Assembly: GCA_051294375.1 (NCBI GenBank)
Contig: CM119271.1
Coordinates: 5,755,991 to 5,819,990 of the forward strand
DNA length: 64,000 nt
Direction of reading: 5' to 3'
DNA from: Paraspadella gotoi
Lineage: Eukaryota; Animalia; Chaetognatha
Shown here piece after piece: positions 52,350 to 64,000 of this stretch; positions within the stretch are counted from its first letter, which is position 1; each line of letters opens with the position of its first letter. The notes under the pieces are model-generated. The model was not told the DNA's origin. It saw only the letters and a program-made list of their open reading frames with translations, and searched no databases. The position numbers and the translations under genes are program-made.

Positions 52350-52639
52350 CTGAATGAATGAATGAATAGAATTAATTAATTAAAATAAATCACAACAATT
52401 TAATTAATGAATAAATTTTAAAATAAAAATTTAGCCATTTCCGACTTTAGGGTTTCGCGAGCCAATATTTCGTAATTCCTTCTGATGAACATTCACGGGC
52501 TCGATGCTTAATAAAGTCTCACGTCGAACTTCGCCTTAGAGTCTTAAAACTTTCATAAAATTGGCCAAAATTAAATTGGCGGTTGCCCTCATAAATATCG
52601 CTGCCATCAAATAGCTTGCTCTTTTTTACATCTCCCTGC

Positions 52640-52664
52640 NNNNNNNNNNNNNNNNNNNNNNNNN
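52640..52664. other. Assembly gap (25 N) upstream of the last visible tomosyn exon
   Basis: N run; the sequence beyond it jumps back to a duplicate of earlier sequence. Confidence 0.99.
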
Positions 52665-52700
<36 letters not shown>

Positions 52701-53984
52701 TGGAGCAGTGTTAGAGTCTCACTTTTCCCAGAATTACGACTTAAGAAGCGACGATAATTAAAAAAAAAAGAAGGAGAGATGAGAGAGAGAGAGAGGACGG
52801 GGGATGATTAATATCGAAAAAAAAACGCTACATTAACGCAATCTTCAATGCAGCAATTTACGAGGCCAAATTAGCTTCGATAGCCTCGACGCTCTCGAAC
52901 TAAAACGTGCCCGTGCCATAATGGTTTTCCCCTTTTATCGGCAGAGAAATTCCCGAAAGCTAAGCGTCTCAGTGTCAACATATCATAAAAGTTTATTAAA
53001 CGCTAAAAAGATCCAGACTTTAGAACCTAAAGTCTCATTATTTACATTAAAATCGAAAAAAAAATGTATTTGTAAATAATGTTAACAAAGAACAATCTTG
53101 CAAATTTTCTTCTGAAAGCCTTGCAGGGTTCTGATATGTTATCTTGTAAGTGTTTATGGAGGCCTTAAAAACCATCATAGCTTATATAATAAATAAATGT
53201 ATAATTTTTTAATTGGTGTAATAATTTCAGTATAAAAATAACTTTTCGGTCTATCGCTTCCGATTGCGACTGTTCTAGATTCCATGATCCTCAGATGGAA
53301 TCTATTGAATTGAATTGATTGAAAATTGAAATTGAAATTGAATTGGAAACTCTTGTTTTGCTACTTAGCAGGACGAGAGAATTTAATTGTCCGCGAAGTG
53401 TAATTTAAAATTTTTAAAAGGAGAATTAAATTTATGAAAGGTTTATGCGAGCTTGATTTATTAAATTAAATGTCGTAATAAATTTTCAGCTCCCTTCTAC
53501 AGACTTCCAAATTTTCGAGCCCCGATCCCCACTGTCAGCCTCGAGTCCTAACTTACTCAGTCCCCAAGTCTCTATCCCCTGTTCCAAGTCAACATCCGGA
53601 TTACCAAGACCAAAGACCCCCAAGGTTCGCGTCCCGACACCGAGTCCCATCCCAGGTCCATGTTCAATTCTCTTTTCCATTCCGTGTCTCAAGTCCCCTC
53701 CCCAATCCCCAGTCCGTACTGCCCCGCATCGTCCCACTCAGTCCCGCAGTCCTGTCCATTCCACCGCATTCTTTTTTTCTATTCAATCCTTGCCGACCTA
53801 AAAAAAAAAATTCCTCATGGATCGAAAAATCTCGAAATTCCTGTGTCTACTTGAATCTTGATGCAAGCAGAGCTTTTTCCTCGCTTATTCAAAAGAGGAT
53901 GCGCTTCCGGACGAAAGATAAAGAGAGAAGGAGAGAGAGAGGATGAGAGGAGAGGAGAGAGACGAGGAGAGAGAGAGAGATCAC

Positions 53985-56900
53985 TAACTCGTTGATCGGC
54001 TTTGATGCAATTTCTCGGTAATTATCGATCTTTAAATCCGCGATAAGTTTGTTGGGAAAGAAGTCGAGCGCTTCTTTAGTAAGTCGTCGTCGTCGTCGTC
54101 CGTCGTCGTCGTCGTCATCGTCGTCTCCATTACGGGTCGTCGTGGTCATTCGTAATCGCGTAAGTGCGACGTGCCTCACAGTCCCTTCCTCCTTTTGTTA
54201 CAAGTTCGTCATATGTCATCATCATCGCTATCATAATCGTCTAAAAGTCGTCGTCAATTTATTATTATGTCGTTATCACGGTCGTCATCGTGAATTTCAC
54301 GCTTATTTTTTAATCCAAGTCGTCGTTGTGGTACATGGTCGACAGTGGTCGACATGGTTATCACAGTCTTACACTTTGGTGCCTCATCGATCCTTTTACA
54401 TCCTCCAACGCGTGGAAAAAAAAAGCGACGCTTTCTCTGATCATCGGAAAGAGAAGGAAAAGGTGACATGGTTCATTGAAAATGGCTAATGTACATTGGT
54501 AATAATTGTAAAATTGGTATTCGTAATTGTATTGTATATTGTAAACAAGGCTGTCACGGCTGCATCCTGCAAAAGACGCAAGCTTTCAAAATGTTGACGA
54601 CAAACGACGAAAGCAAAAGGATGATCTGCGATACCAAAGAACTAAGTATGTATGAAAGGCAGTAAAGAGTGCCCACGACGAAGAAGCCCGACGGCGATTC
54701 CCGATACCTAATGTTCTCGCGCTCAATAAATTTCACGTCAGAAAATATGAGTGAGAAATGAGAACAAAGTTTCTCTTCTCTCTTCTCTCTCTCACTCTCT
54801 CTCCTCTCTCTCTCATCTCATCTCCTCTTCCTCTCTCTCTCCTCTCTCTCTCTCTCTTTTCTCTTTCCTCCTTGTCTCTCTCTCTCTGCTCTCTCTCTCT
54901 CGTTCTCTCTCTCTCTCTCTCTCGAGTATCATCTCTCTCAGTTTCTCTCTCTCTCTCCGACGTCCTCACGTCTCTCTCTCTGCTCGTTTCGCAAAATTAA
55001 AAACGGAATAACAACCAACGACAGACGACGACGACAGTCAACGTTAACCGATCGTTTACATAGTCGTTCACTGGTCAATTTTTTGTTGCGTTCAGAACTC
55101 ACCGGAATTCCTTCGCCAATGAAGCCGAAACGACTTTGATGTTTTTTGGCGGCGAAATGAAATGCTCGATTCTTTTTCCCGCGAGTTTGAAGGACTCCGT
55201 GAATGACGGGCGGCGCGGTCCTCCGCCGGCAGGAGGCGCCCTCCTTTGAGACTCCTTCAGCCGTCTCTCTCACCTACCGAAGAGCGGCTGTGGCGACCGG
55301 AAGGCGTCGTCAGGGACTTTGGGCCGGCGTCCGACAGGAAAGATTTCGGGTGCCATTGAATTTCTTTTTCAACTTTTCGCGGCGTCTCTGTTTTAATCGC
55401 CCGGCCGTGCTTTGAACGCGGCAGCTGAATTTCCTCGGCCAGCGTCGTCGGCGAAATGCGCGCCGGCGACATTCTGGACGGCGATGTTTTGGGCGGGGGA
55501 GTGGCGGCGGTGGGAAAGTGGTGGTGGATGGCGCCGTTGGGGTTTGGGGGTTTGCGACGGTCGATGGGGTAGGAGTGAATCTGGAGGCGCCACTGAAAGA
55601 GGAAAGAGTCGAAAAAGGTTTTTAATTGAATTAGTGATAACAGTCTCAATCGAAATAACTGTGGTTTATTGTAACTCTCAGTCTCATTTTGAGCCCCAAA
55701 AAAATTTACCAAGCATAAATACCGATAAAACATAAAAAGCATACTCTCATTGAAAGAGGCATTTATTTCGTGGCTACAAATAATTACAATGTTAAAAATT
55801 TAATTACATTCGGGCTCCTCAATCGGAAGACGTTCAAAAGAAAAAGTGGATCAGTAGAACGCCCAGACTCACATGGTTCCACGACGGTGAGACCCTCCAT
55901 TTCCAGGATGGAAAATTGCATCTGGGTTCGTTGTCTTCCAGCCTCGCTCTCCAGGTCGGGGCTGAAGGGCGTGAAAAGGTGAGGTTATTATTAGGAGGTG
56001 ATCGTCATTGTCGAAACTCCTTTTCCATCACCAAAGTCGTGAAAACGTAAAAAACGACGTCGGACGAAACTTTAAATAAAAACGACATTAGGAAAACTGT
56101 TTACTTTATTCAGTTTCTTTAGCTTAAACAGTAGAGTATTAATATTAATATTAATGCAAAAGTAGTTGTCTTTTAATTTTATTATCTTCTTAAATGTCGA
56201 TTTTTATTGATCATGCCATGTAGATAGTTTTAAATACGCCATCTATCATTTGTTAAATCACGTGGGATAAAATTAAATAGTTATAAAATCTTTTGCACTC
56301 CAAATGCGTACTATATTAATTGGCGTCAATTCAAGCGCCAAAAGAGAGAAAAACGAATACGAATTTGAAAGAACCGAATACGGCAACAAAAAAAAAGTTT
56401 CTTCGACCAAGCTGCGCGGATGAAAACGAAGTTAAAATTATTTGAAAGTCAATTCGCTCTCGACGATTGATTTCACTGCTTGTCGAGAAATCACGAATGC
56501 TTGCAAAGGGTGAGTTACTTTCGTGTTTTCTTCTTCTTCTTCTTTCCTGTGAAAGTGAGTGAAACCATTGGAACTTTTTTCTTTTGAGAGATATTCTGTA
56601 TGTAATATTTCGTCCAGGATTTGATGGAACTCATGTTGGAAGTTGACGGGACATGCTTTGACCGAGGATGTAATGATTAAATTGCGTTGCAATCGATAAA
56701 TATTGATCAAAATCATTTGAATATTGCGGCTGTAAATGGCTTACTTGTTTTTTTTTTATATATTAACAAATTTCATTAAAAGTATTTTAGCGAGAAAAAA
56801 TTTGTTTATTTTTTTCATAAAATCAGCAATTTGGATTACGTGGGTGGGCAACAATTGTTTATAATATTTCGTTGCGAAATGGTAATTTAGTGAATTCCAG

Positions 56901-57396
56901 AATCTTAAAATGATACGGATCGTTTGCCCCGATAATCAATGTGGATACTACATGTACATTTCCGAACACAAACTAAATATTTATGGTTAACTGTCTACCC
57001 TTAAGTGTAGTAAGAATAAGGAATGGGGGGAGAGGGAGAGATAGACACACAGCCTGACAAGACAGACAGAGATAGAGCAGACTACTGATAGAGATAATAG
57101 AGCCAACTGCACAAAAGATGAATCCCGAGACGAGAGAAGAAAATCCAGAGTCCGCGAAAAGACGACGCTCCTTCTTGAGTTTTGGTTCGGGCGGCGGGCG
57201 GGACACCGGCGTCGTCGGCGTGAAGGCTTCGTCGTGCAGCGGCGACGCGGACAATTGACGCGGCGAGGGCGTCGATGGCGGTGGAGACGGAGAGGCCGCT
57301 CCGTGAGCGAAGCGGTGAGGCGGCGGGAGGCGCCAGACGTACGAGCTGGGATGAGAAGGTCGGGACGGACGCGGTGGCGGAGAATTGGAACGCCAT
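53985..57396 (-). CDS. Second, noisier copy of the Ser/Pro-rich RVxF gene and its Asp-rich exon (likely assembly duplicate)
   Basis: Colinear with 28709-31827; differs mainly by many 1-bp insertions. Confidence 0.45.
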
Positions 57397-58175
57397 CAAA
57401 TGCGTTTTTGGTGGAAGCGATGATTGTTTTCTGTCAGCTATTTATAGTGGTATTTGTTTTATTTCCTTTTTAAGCAATGATTTAAGGTTTTTTCTATGCA
57501 TTTGCACTTGTGCTAGTATCCCTACACTGTTCTGAAAATCGCTGAAAGGCTGAAAAACAAATACGCTATGAAAATATCAATGAGTTTATTTATTAAAAAA
57601 AAATAAAATAAAATGTAAAAAAACGAAGAGACGAAACAATCCGAGGACGAAAAAGTAATTTTTTTTCCAAAATAAAATACTGTAAGGTCTAACATAATCT
57701 CCCTTTAATGTTTCGTGGGATCAGCATTTTTTTTTCTTTTGAATTTATCTGTTCCAAAAGTTTTGAAAGAATAAAAAAATGCAATAAAGCGTAGGTATTC
57801 ATCGCAACTTATTGACTTAAATGACTTGGTCAATCACAAAACATGTAGATTCTTTACAATTCAATAAATAGCAATCTAATGATAAAATATGATAACGAGA
57901 TCGTTTTATTGTGATCGATTTGGTGTATAATAATCCGATTAACGTTGATGATGATAATGATGATGATGAATAATTTAATTATTTGGGTGGATTTAATCAA
58001 ATTATGTGTTTTGAAAATAATGAAATAAAGCCTTTAATTTGGGAAAGCCGTTTATGTGAAAGTCCATAAATTTAAAAAAACGCCTAAATTTTAAAAATGA
58101 AAGCCAAGTAAATATGACGTCTTAGAAGGGGGGGAGTGTGAGAGAGAGAGTGAGAGAGAGAGAGAGAGAGAGAGA

Positions 58176-58207
<32 letters not shown>

Positions 58208-58550
58208 AGAGTAGAGAGAGAAGAGAGAGAGAAGCTTTAGGAGGCCGCGCCCATGCCAGGTTTTTGAGTAATCCGGATGAACTGAGAAAAAAATTAAAAG
58301 AAATATTGAGCAACGAAATCTCTATGACTCCACCGCATGAATCCTCACCTTTCGACCGTCTATATTCATCCTTTAAAAGAAAAGAGAAAGCTTCTGTAAT
58401 TAATTTATTAATTAGTATAGACCGCATGGCAGTTAGCGGACAGGGCGAGAGAAAGACTTGGAATATGGCACGGGAGGGAGAGAGAGAGAGAAAGAGGAGG
58501 GAGGGAGGGAGGGAGAGAGAGTGAGAAGAGGGAGGGAAGAGGGGAGGGAG

Positions 58551-58622
<72 letters not shown>

Positions 58623-58880
58623 CTTTTGGCAGTGTGTAGAGTCTCAGCTTTTCTCCAGAGAATTACGACTTAAGAAGCGACGATAATTAAAAAATAAAAA
58701 AAAAATAAAAAAATAAAAATAAAAAATAAATCGGTCACAAAAAGTTGTTAGCAGTCGACGTTTCTTTCGCAGAAAAGAGACACTTGTCCATTTTCGACGA
58801 GCAGAAGGGCCGAAAAAGGGAGAGAGACTGAGACAGATACAAAATAAAATCGAGAGCAAGTTGACGACATAAAAACTGTG

Positions 58881-58959
<79 letters not shown>

Positions 58960-59001
58960 GAGAGACTGACTGGGCGATTATCTTCGAAGCAATGCGGAGA
59001 T

Positions 59002-59065
<64 letters not shown>

Positions 59066-59090
59066 NNNNNNNNNNNNNNNNNNNNNNNNN
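59066..59090. other. Assembly gap (25 N)
   Basis: N run inside (AG)n. Confidence 0.99.
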
Positions 59091-59126
<36 letters not shown>

Positions 59127-61565
59127 AGTCAAGAGACTGAAGTTGAAATCAGTTGTCGCGAATTTGTTTTAAATTTCTTCTTTCCGAGCGACGACCCAAA
59201 GATTGGCGTGTTTGAATGGGGAAACCCTGTCTCCTTCTTGGTGCCGGAGGTCGTAATAGTTTTCGTGGTCGAGGAACAGAGATGAAGATTTTAAGAAGAA
59301 TCTGGGGCGAATTTTTTTAAGAATCTCGGACGAAGTCGGTCGCGCCCGAATCCAACGTTCCGTTGCATTAGGAACGCCGGTAGCGTTTCTTCGCCCGCGG
59401 TTTTTTTTTTCTATTTTCAGAATCGTACGAAAGAGGATCATTGGCTGATACTGATAGTGACGTTGACGACGGCGTCACGCGACTGATTAGGCCATGAAGA
59501 CTTTAGACTTTTCTCGAGTTCGATCCCGCAGGTCGCAGCTTTCCGACCAAATTTGGGTTAAATGTCCGCTTCGCGCGAGAATTTTATTGATCATCGAATT
59601 AACGAAAACGCAAGAAAACGTGTTCGATTGTTCATGTCTTGACATAGGTCTCGTTTGAAAAATGGGCGATGCTTGTATAGTCGAATTCGAACGGGATTAA
59701 GCTAAAATTGATTGCAGGACGACGGATAAAAAGGTTCGGTTTCTAAATTTACTAAGTTTACTCAAAGCGGAGGCGGATCGAGTTTTAGCGGCCCTCGCCC
59801 CGTTTTTTTTTCCCCTCTTTTTTCCTAAATCGCCAGATACGGGCGGGAACGACGAAACGACACACTACCGGACACCCAGTGAGTCGGACAGTATGGACGT
59901 CTAATCAGCTTGAACTTGTGATTGGTGTTCGTTGAGAATTTTCTAGTTCGCGGATGGACAGTAGGGTGGAGCGATAAAAATATCGAGAGATGTTAAATTT
60001 TTTTTTCTGCCTTTGAATATGTGTAAATATTAAAATTCAAGCCTTTAATAAATGGCTTGCTCAAAAGTTTTTAAAAAAAATAAGAAGATGTTTAACGAAA
60101 TATTTACAACATGTAATAGGCCAAAATCATTTTCAGAGAAAAACGACAATAACAAAAAAAAGAAAAAGAAAAATAAAAATAGCAAAATGAATTAAAGAGA
60201 ATAGGTCAGTTATTGACTCTGTTATCATTAAATATCCCCCTTCCCTGTCGCCATCTTCTTCGGTGATAGGGTTTGAATATTATGGCTTTTATCTTTGTCC
60301 AAAATAAAATCTTTTTAAATATACTTTATATTTCTCTGGGTCATCTACAAATTCATAGTACTATAGAAATTTAATAAAGTTTGTTTATTAATATAAAAGT
60401 AAAAAAGATTTATTTTTTTTATATAATAATTTTATTTTATTTAATGGGACATGTTTATTTTAATTTTTTATCTTTGATACCTATCAAAAAATAAATAATT
60501 AATCTATTAATTAATAAGTAGATTCAGAAAATATAGTTGGTTTAATCTATAATCAACTGTTCTCTTATATTAAAGGCGTGAATTTTAGTTTGAAAAAGCT
60601 AAAAAACCCGGTATAATATATATTATTAATATATAATTTTATATTTTTTATACTCTTCATTTAACTTTTTATGTGTAATCTGAATTTTTTTTTAAATTTT
60701 TTAAAAATTGTTTAAAAATTATTTTAAAATTTACAATATAATAAACATATTACTTATTACAAATATATTATAATTTCTGTTTCTGAGTATAATATTTTTT
60801 TTACTTAATAATTATATAATTATAAGTATGATTATCATTGTGATATAATCTCAAATAAATTTGTTGTTCCCGATAGCTCCACTCTAATGTACAGCGCCAG
60901 GTGGCGTTGAAAAATGTAAACAGTGAAAACCTTCGGGGAAAAATTAAATCCGACGAAACGACTGTTAGGAATTGTAAAATTTATTCAGCTTGAACAGAAT
61001 TTTAAGAAGTGAAATTGATCGTGAATGAAAACCATATAAATTAATATAATACGAATAACTCAGAAAGTCAGAAACTGAAAACGAGGGAGCGGCCAAATCC
61101 GAGCCAAACAGCGAAAACAGATAAAAATTCAAAAAACAGTTGTTTCACTTTCGAGGAAATGATCGTAATACGTAGAGCGGTCCTGTTATGTTAAGAGAGA
61201 GAACTTGACGACCGGTCGACGACGATGCGACGAGACGACGAAGACGACGAAGACGACGAAGTCTCTAATCCAATTGAGACGAAATTGTCGTGGAAAAAAA
61301 GTGTTTGTGAAGAGTGAGACGGGGGATACAAAAATAAAACAGAACTTCCGACGACGTCTTGTTTCTTTTTTTTTTCTACCATAGATTAGCATCGAATGAC
61401 AGTGACACGGTTGAAAATGATAATGAGAGACTCAATGTCACTGAAACAAAAGTAAGAATTCTTAATCTTAAATATGAAAAAAGTCAAACTCGACTCTAAA
61501 ACCTAATATCACCTACTTACTTTCATTCTTTCCTTTTTAGTTTTTTCTTCTTTCTTTCTTTCTTC

Positions 61566-61601
<36 letters not shown>

Positions 61602-62188
61602 CGTCTCCATTCCTGTCTCCCTCACCCCCTCAGCTTTCTCTCTTCCCCCTTACTTTCCCCCTTCTCTTTCACCCACACGCGCGCCAAGAAAATCCTCGCC
61701 AAGTGTCCATACGTCAAAAGCAAAGATAAACGCGCCCGATGAAAAAAAAACAAAAAAACCTCGGATTGACGTGAAATGCCGAGAAAGGCGCCAAGTGCCG
61801 ATAAAATGAGGCGAAGGGCGTCATTTGCCCATCAATGTCAAAATTGATTTTTTTTTTCTTCCTTCCCACGGCATCAAGAAATATGGCGTTCTGCGATGGT
61901 TGTCCACGTCAGTTTCGTCATCGGCGTCGTCGTTTCGTCGGCATTCCCATAGTGCAGAAGTCACTTTTGGTTTTTACAGGAAAAGACAGGTGAAGACAGG
62001 TGAAGACAGAGAGCGAGAGAGAGCGAGAGAGAGCGAGAGAGACTTGAGACCAAAAATTAACAAATATTCCGACGCAGAAAACAAGGATGAACGACGTTGC
62101 GATCTCGTTGTGACGGAATCTTTCTTTGCGTGAAAATGGGACGCGCGTCGCGGGGAGCACGTGAATAAAAAAAATGACCCGCGAAGAG

Positions 62189-62242
<54 letters not shown>

Positions 62243-62250
62243 GAGAGAGA

Positions 62251-62306
<56 letters not shown>

Positions 62307-64000
62307 GAGAGAGAGAGAGAGAGAGAGAGAAGAAGAATGAGAGAGAAGAGGAGGATTCTGGCGCTATACCAGTAAATCGCGTCAGGTATCATCGTCGTCG
62401 TCGCCGTCGTCGTCTCTATCGTCGTTTCCGTAGTCAAGTCAGGAGGTCGCGCGTTTCTTGCCGCAACTTACTCGCGTACGAAACTTGATTTAAACTTATG
62501 AATTAAAATAATCTCTAGAAAAATATAATAATTGTTATTATAAAATTATTTTTAAAAAAACGGCGAAAAAAACTTATTATTGTTAGACAATAGAGAAATG
62601 ACTTTGGAGCGCGTGAAGTTAATCATTCGTCGATTATTAGGCAACGGCATAAATTACTGAGTCAATAAGGGATTTTTGGCGAACTGATTGCAATTTACTG
62701 TAAATACAAATGTAAACATGAGCGATTTAGCTGCAGTTGTTACGATTGCCGTTAAGTATGAAGTTAGTAGCAAATAGGTAAAAAAACTAAAATTCATTAT
62801 AATTAGTTAATTAAAAATAAAGTTAATAACGCGATGGTTTTTCCCTAAAAAAGATTTTGAAACGAAAAAAAAAATGCTTTGGCGTGATAGAGGATAGTTG
62901 CTTGTCGTCGTCATACTAAAATTTAGGAGAAAGATTTATTTTCCTGAAATTTGTAAAAATATTTTTATTTTTTTTGCTCCGGACTGAGAGGAAGGAGATA
63001 AAAAATTCCAGCATTCCCTTAACCGACCCATCTTCTTGATCTTACATTCTCATTCTCAGCCTGAAAGGTATACGGAGTAAAAAATATAAAATTCTTCGTA
63101 AAGAACGTAAAAAACGTACAAAAATATTAAAAAACGCAGACATTCCACAGCTTTTGAACATAGGAATTCCCTGGTTACCTTTTCCAATACGCCTCCCCTC
63201 TCTCTCTCTCTCTCGCCTCCCCGTGACGCAATAATGACGTCGTTCACGCGAGAGACGTAAAAAAACAATGGAGGCCTTTACGCAGGTCAGCAATGGAATC
63301 GTTGCAATGATTTGTCGTTTCCCCGAAGGAACGAATCGTGTTCAACAAGATCACTCCCACGTGCTTGATAAAAATTTTCCATTGTAGTAGGGGTAGCCCC
63401 ACTTAATGGGGTGAGTCAAAAATTTAGTGCAAGTACATGCTCAAAAGAAAATTTCTACTTTTTAAGTATACTTTCAATATTTATTTATATATAATTATAT
63501 AGGAAAGGCTAAAACTTTTTTTGAGAAATTTTAAAGCCAGATTCCGATAGCCCATAAAAATTTGTCTACACAAAGTATAATTTTTAAAAAAATATGGTTC
63601 AAAAATAATTATCATCATGATAATGATGATAATAATGATGATCATTTTATCTGTTTTTTTTTTTTACATTTTTACTAAGAAAACGTAAAAATTTTTAAAA
63701 GCTGCAATTATATTTTTTGTTGAACTTTTTATGCTCTATTAATTTTTTTTTAAATTTACCTAAGAGAAAATCTAAGTTTTTATTGAATTGTGCAACGAAT
63801 TTTATTTGTTCAGATACAGGCATGTTTCGGCTTGTAATGTTCAAGCCTTCATCAGCGTCTATTACATTTTTCAAAAACAAAATTCGTTGCACAATTCAAT
63901 AAAAACTTTGATTTTCTCTTAACTCATTAACACATTAAAGTTACCTATATAGTCATATAATAATTTTAATTAAGCTAGTACCAGCTAGTATCAGAAGAAA

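Larger units (their letters stand above)
52780..64000 (+). repeat. Indel-rich second copy of about 27550-38390
   Basis: Colinear throughout (e.g. 55190 vs 29715, 59120 vs 33440, 63980 vs 38370). Preceded by a short fragment (52665-52770) matching about 32950-33050. Confidence 0.95.

Noticed and set aside
1-64000. CRISPR arrays, rRNA, tRNA or prokaryotic operons
   Set aside because: I saw no repeat-spacer structure or conserved rRNA/tRNA motifs, and the sequence is spliceosomal-intron-containing eukaryotic DNA.

Overview
Eukaryotic (animal-like) draft-assembly sequence: AT-rich, packed with (AG)n microsatellites, with GC- and CpG-rich exons and short GT-AG introns. Six gaps of exactly 25 N are present. 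About half the window is duplicated: a ~9.2 kb block occurs three times (about 810-9966, 9992-19157 and 19183-28400), and about 27550-38390 recurs at about 52780-64000. The copies differ mostly by dense 1-bp indels, or not at all, which points to long-read gap-filling artefacts rather than real segmental duplication. The same indel noise frameshifts most genes. Recognisable content: (1) the 3' two-thirds of a tomosyn (STXBP5-like) gene on the minus strand, 12 exons at 45187-52349, ending in the R-SNARE motif; (2) a probable secreted CAP/SCP-domain gene at 40546-41893 (+); (3) an unidentified multi-exon Ser/Pro-rich gene with two PP1-docking RVxF-like motifs and an Asp-rich exon at 28709-31827 (-); (4) a ~180 bp palindrome whose centre is a Penelope-type minimal hammerhead ribozyme core. 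Other leads are a structured intronic element with snRNA-like layout and antisense exon candidates interleaved with tomosyn. All protein matches are by eye and from memory, with no database search. I see no convincing evidence for a wholly new biological system.
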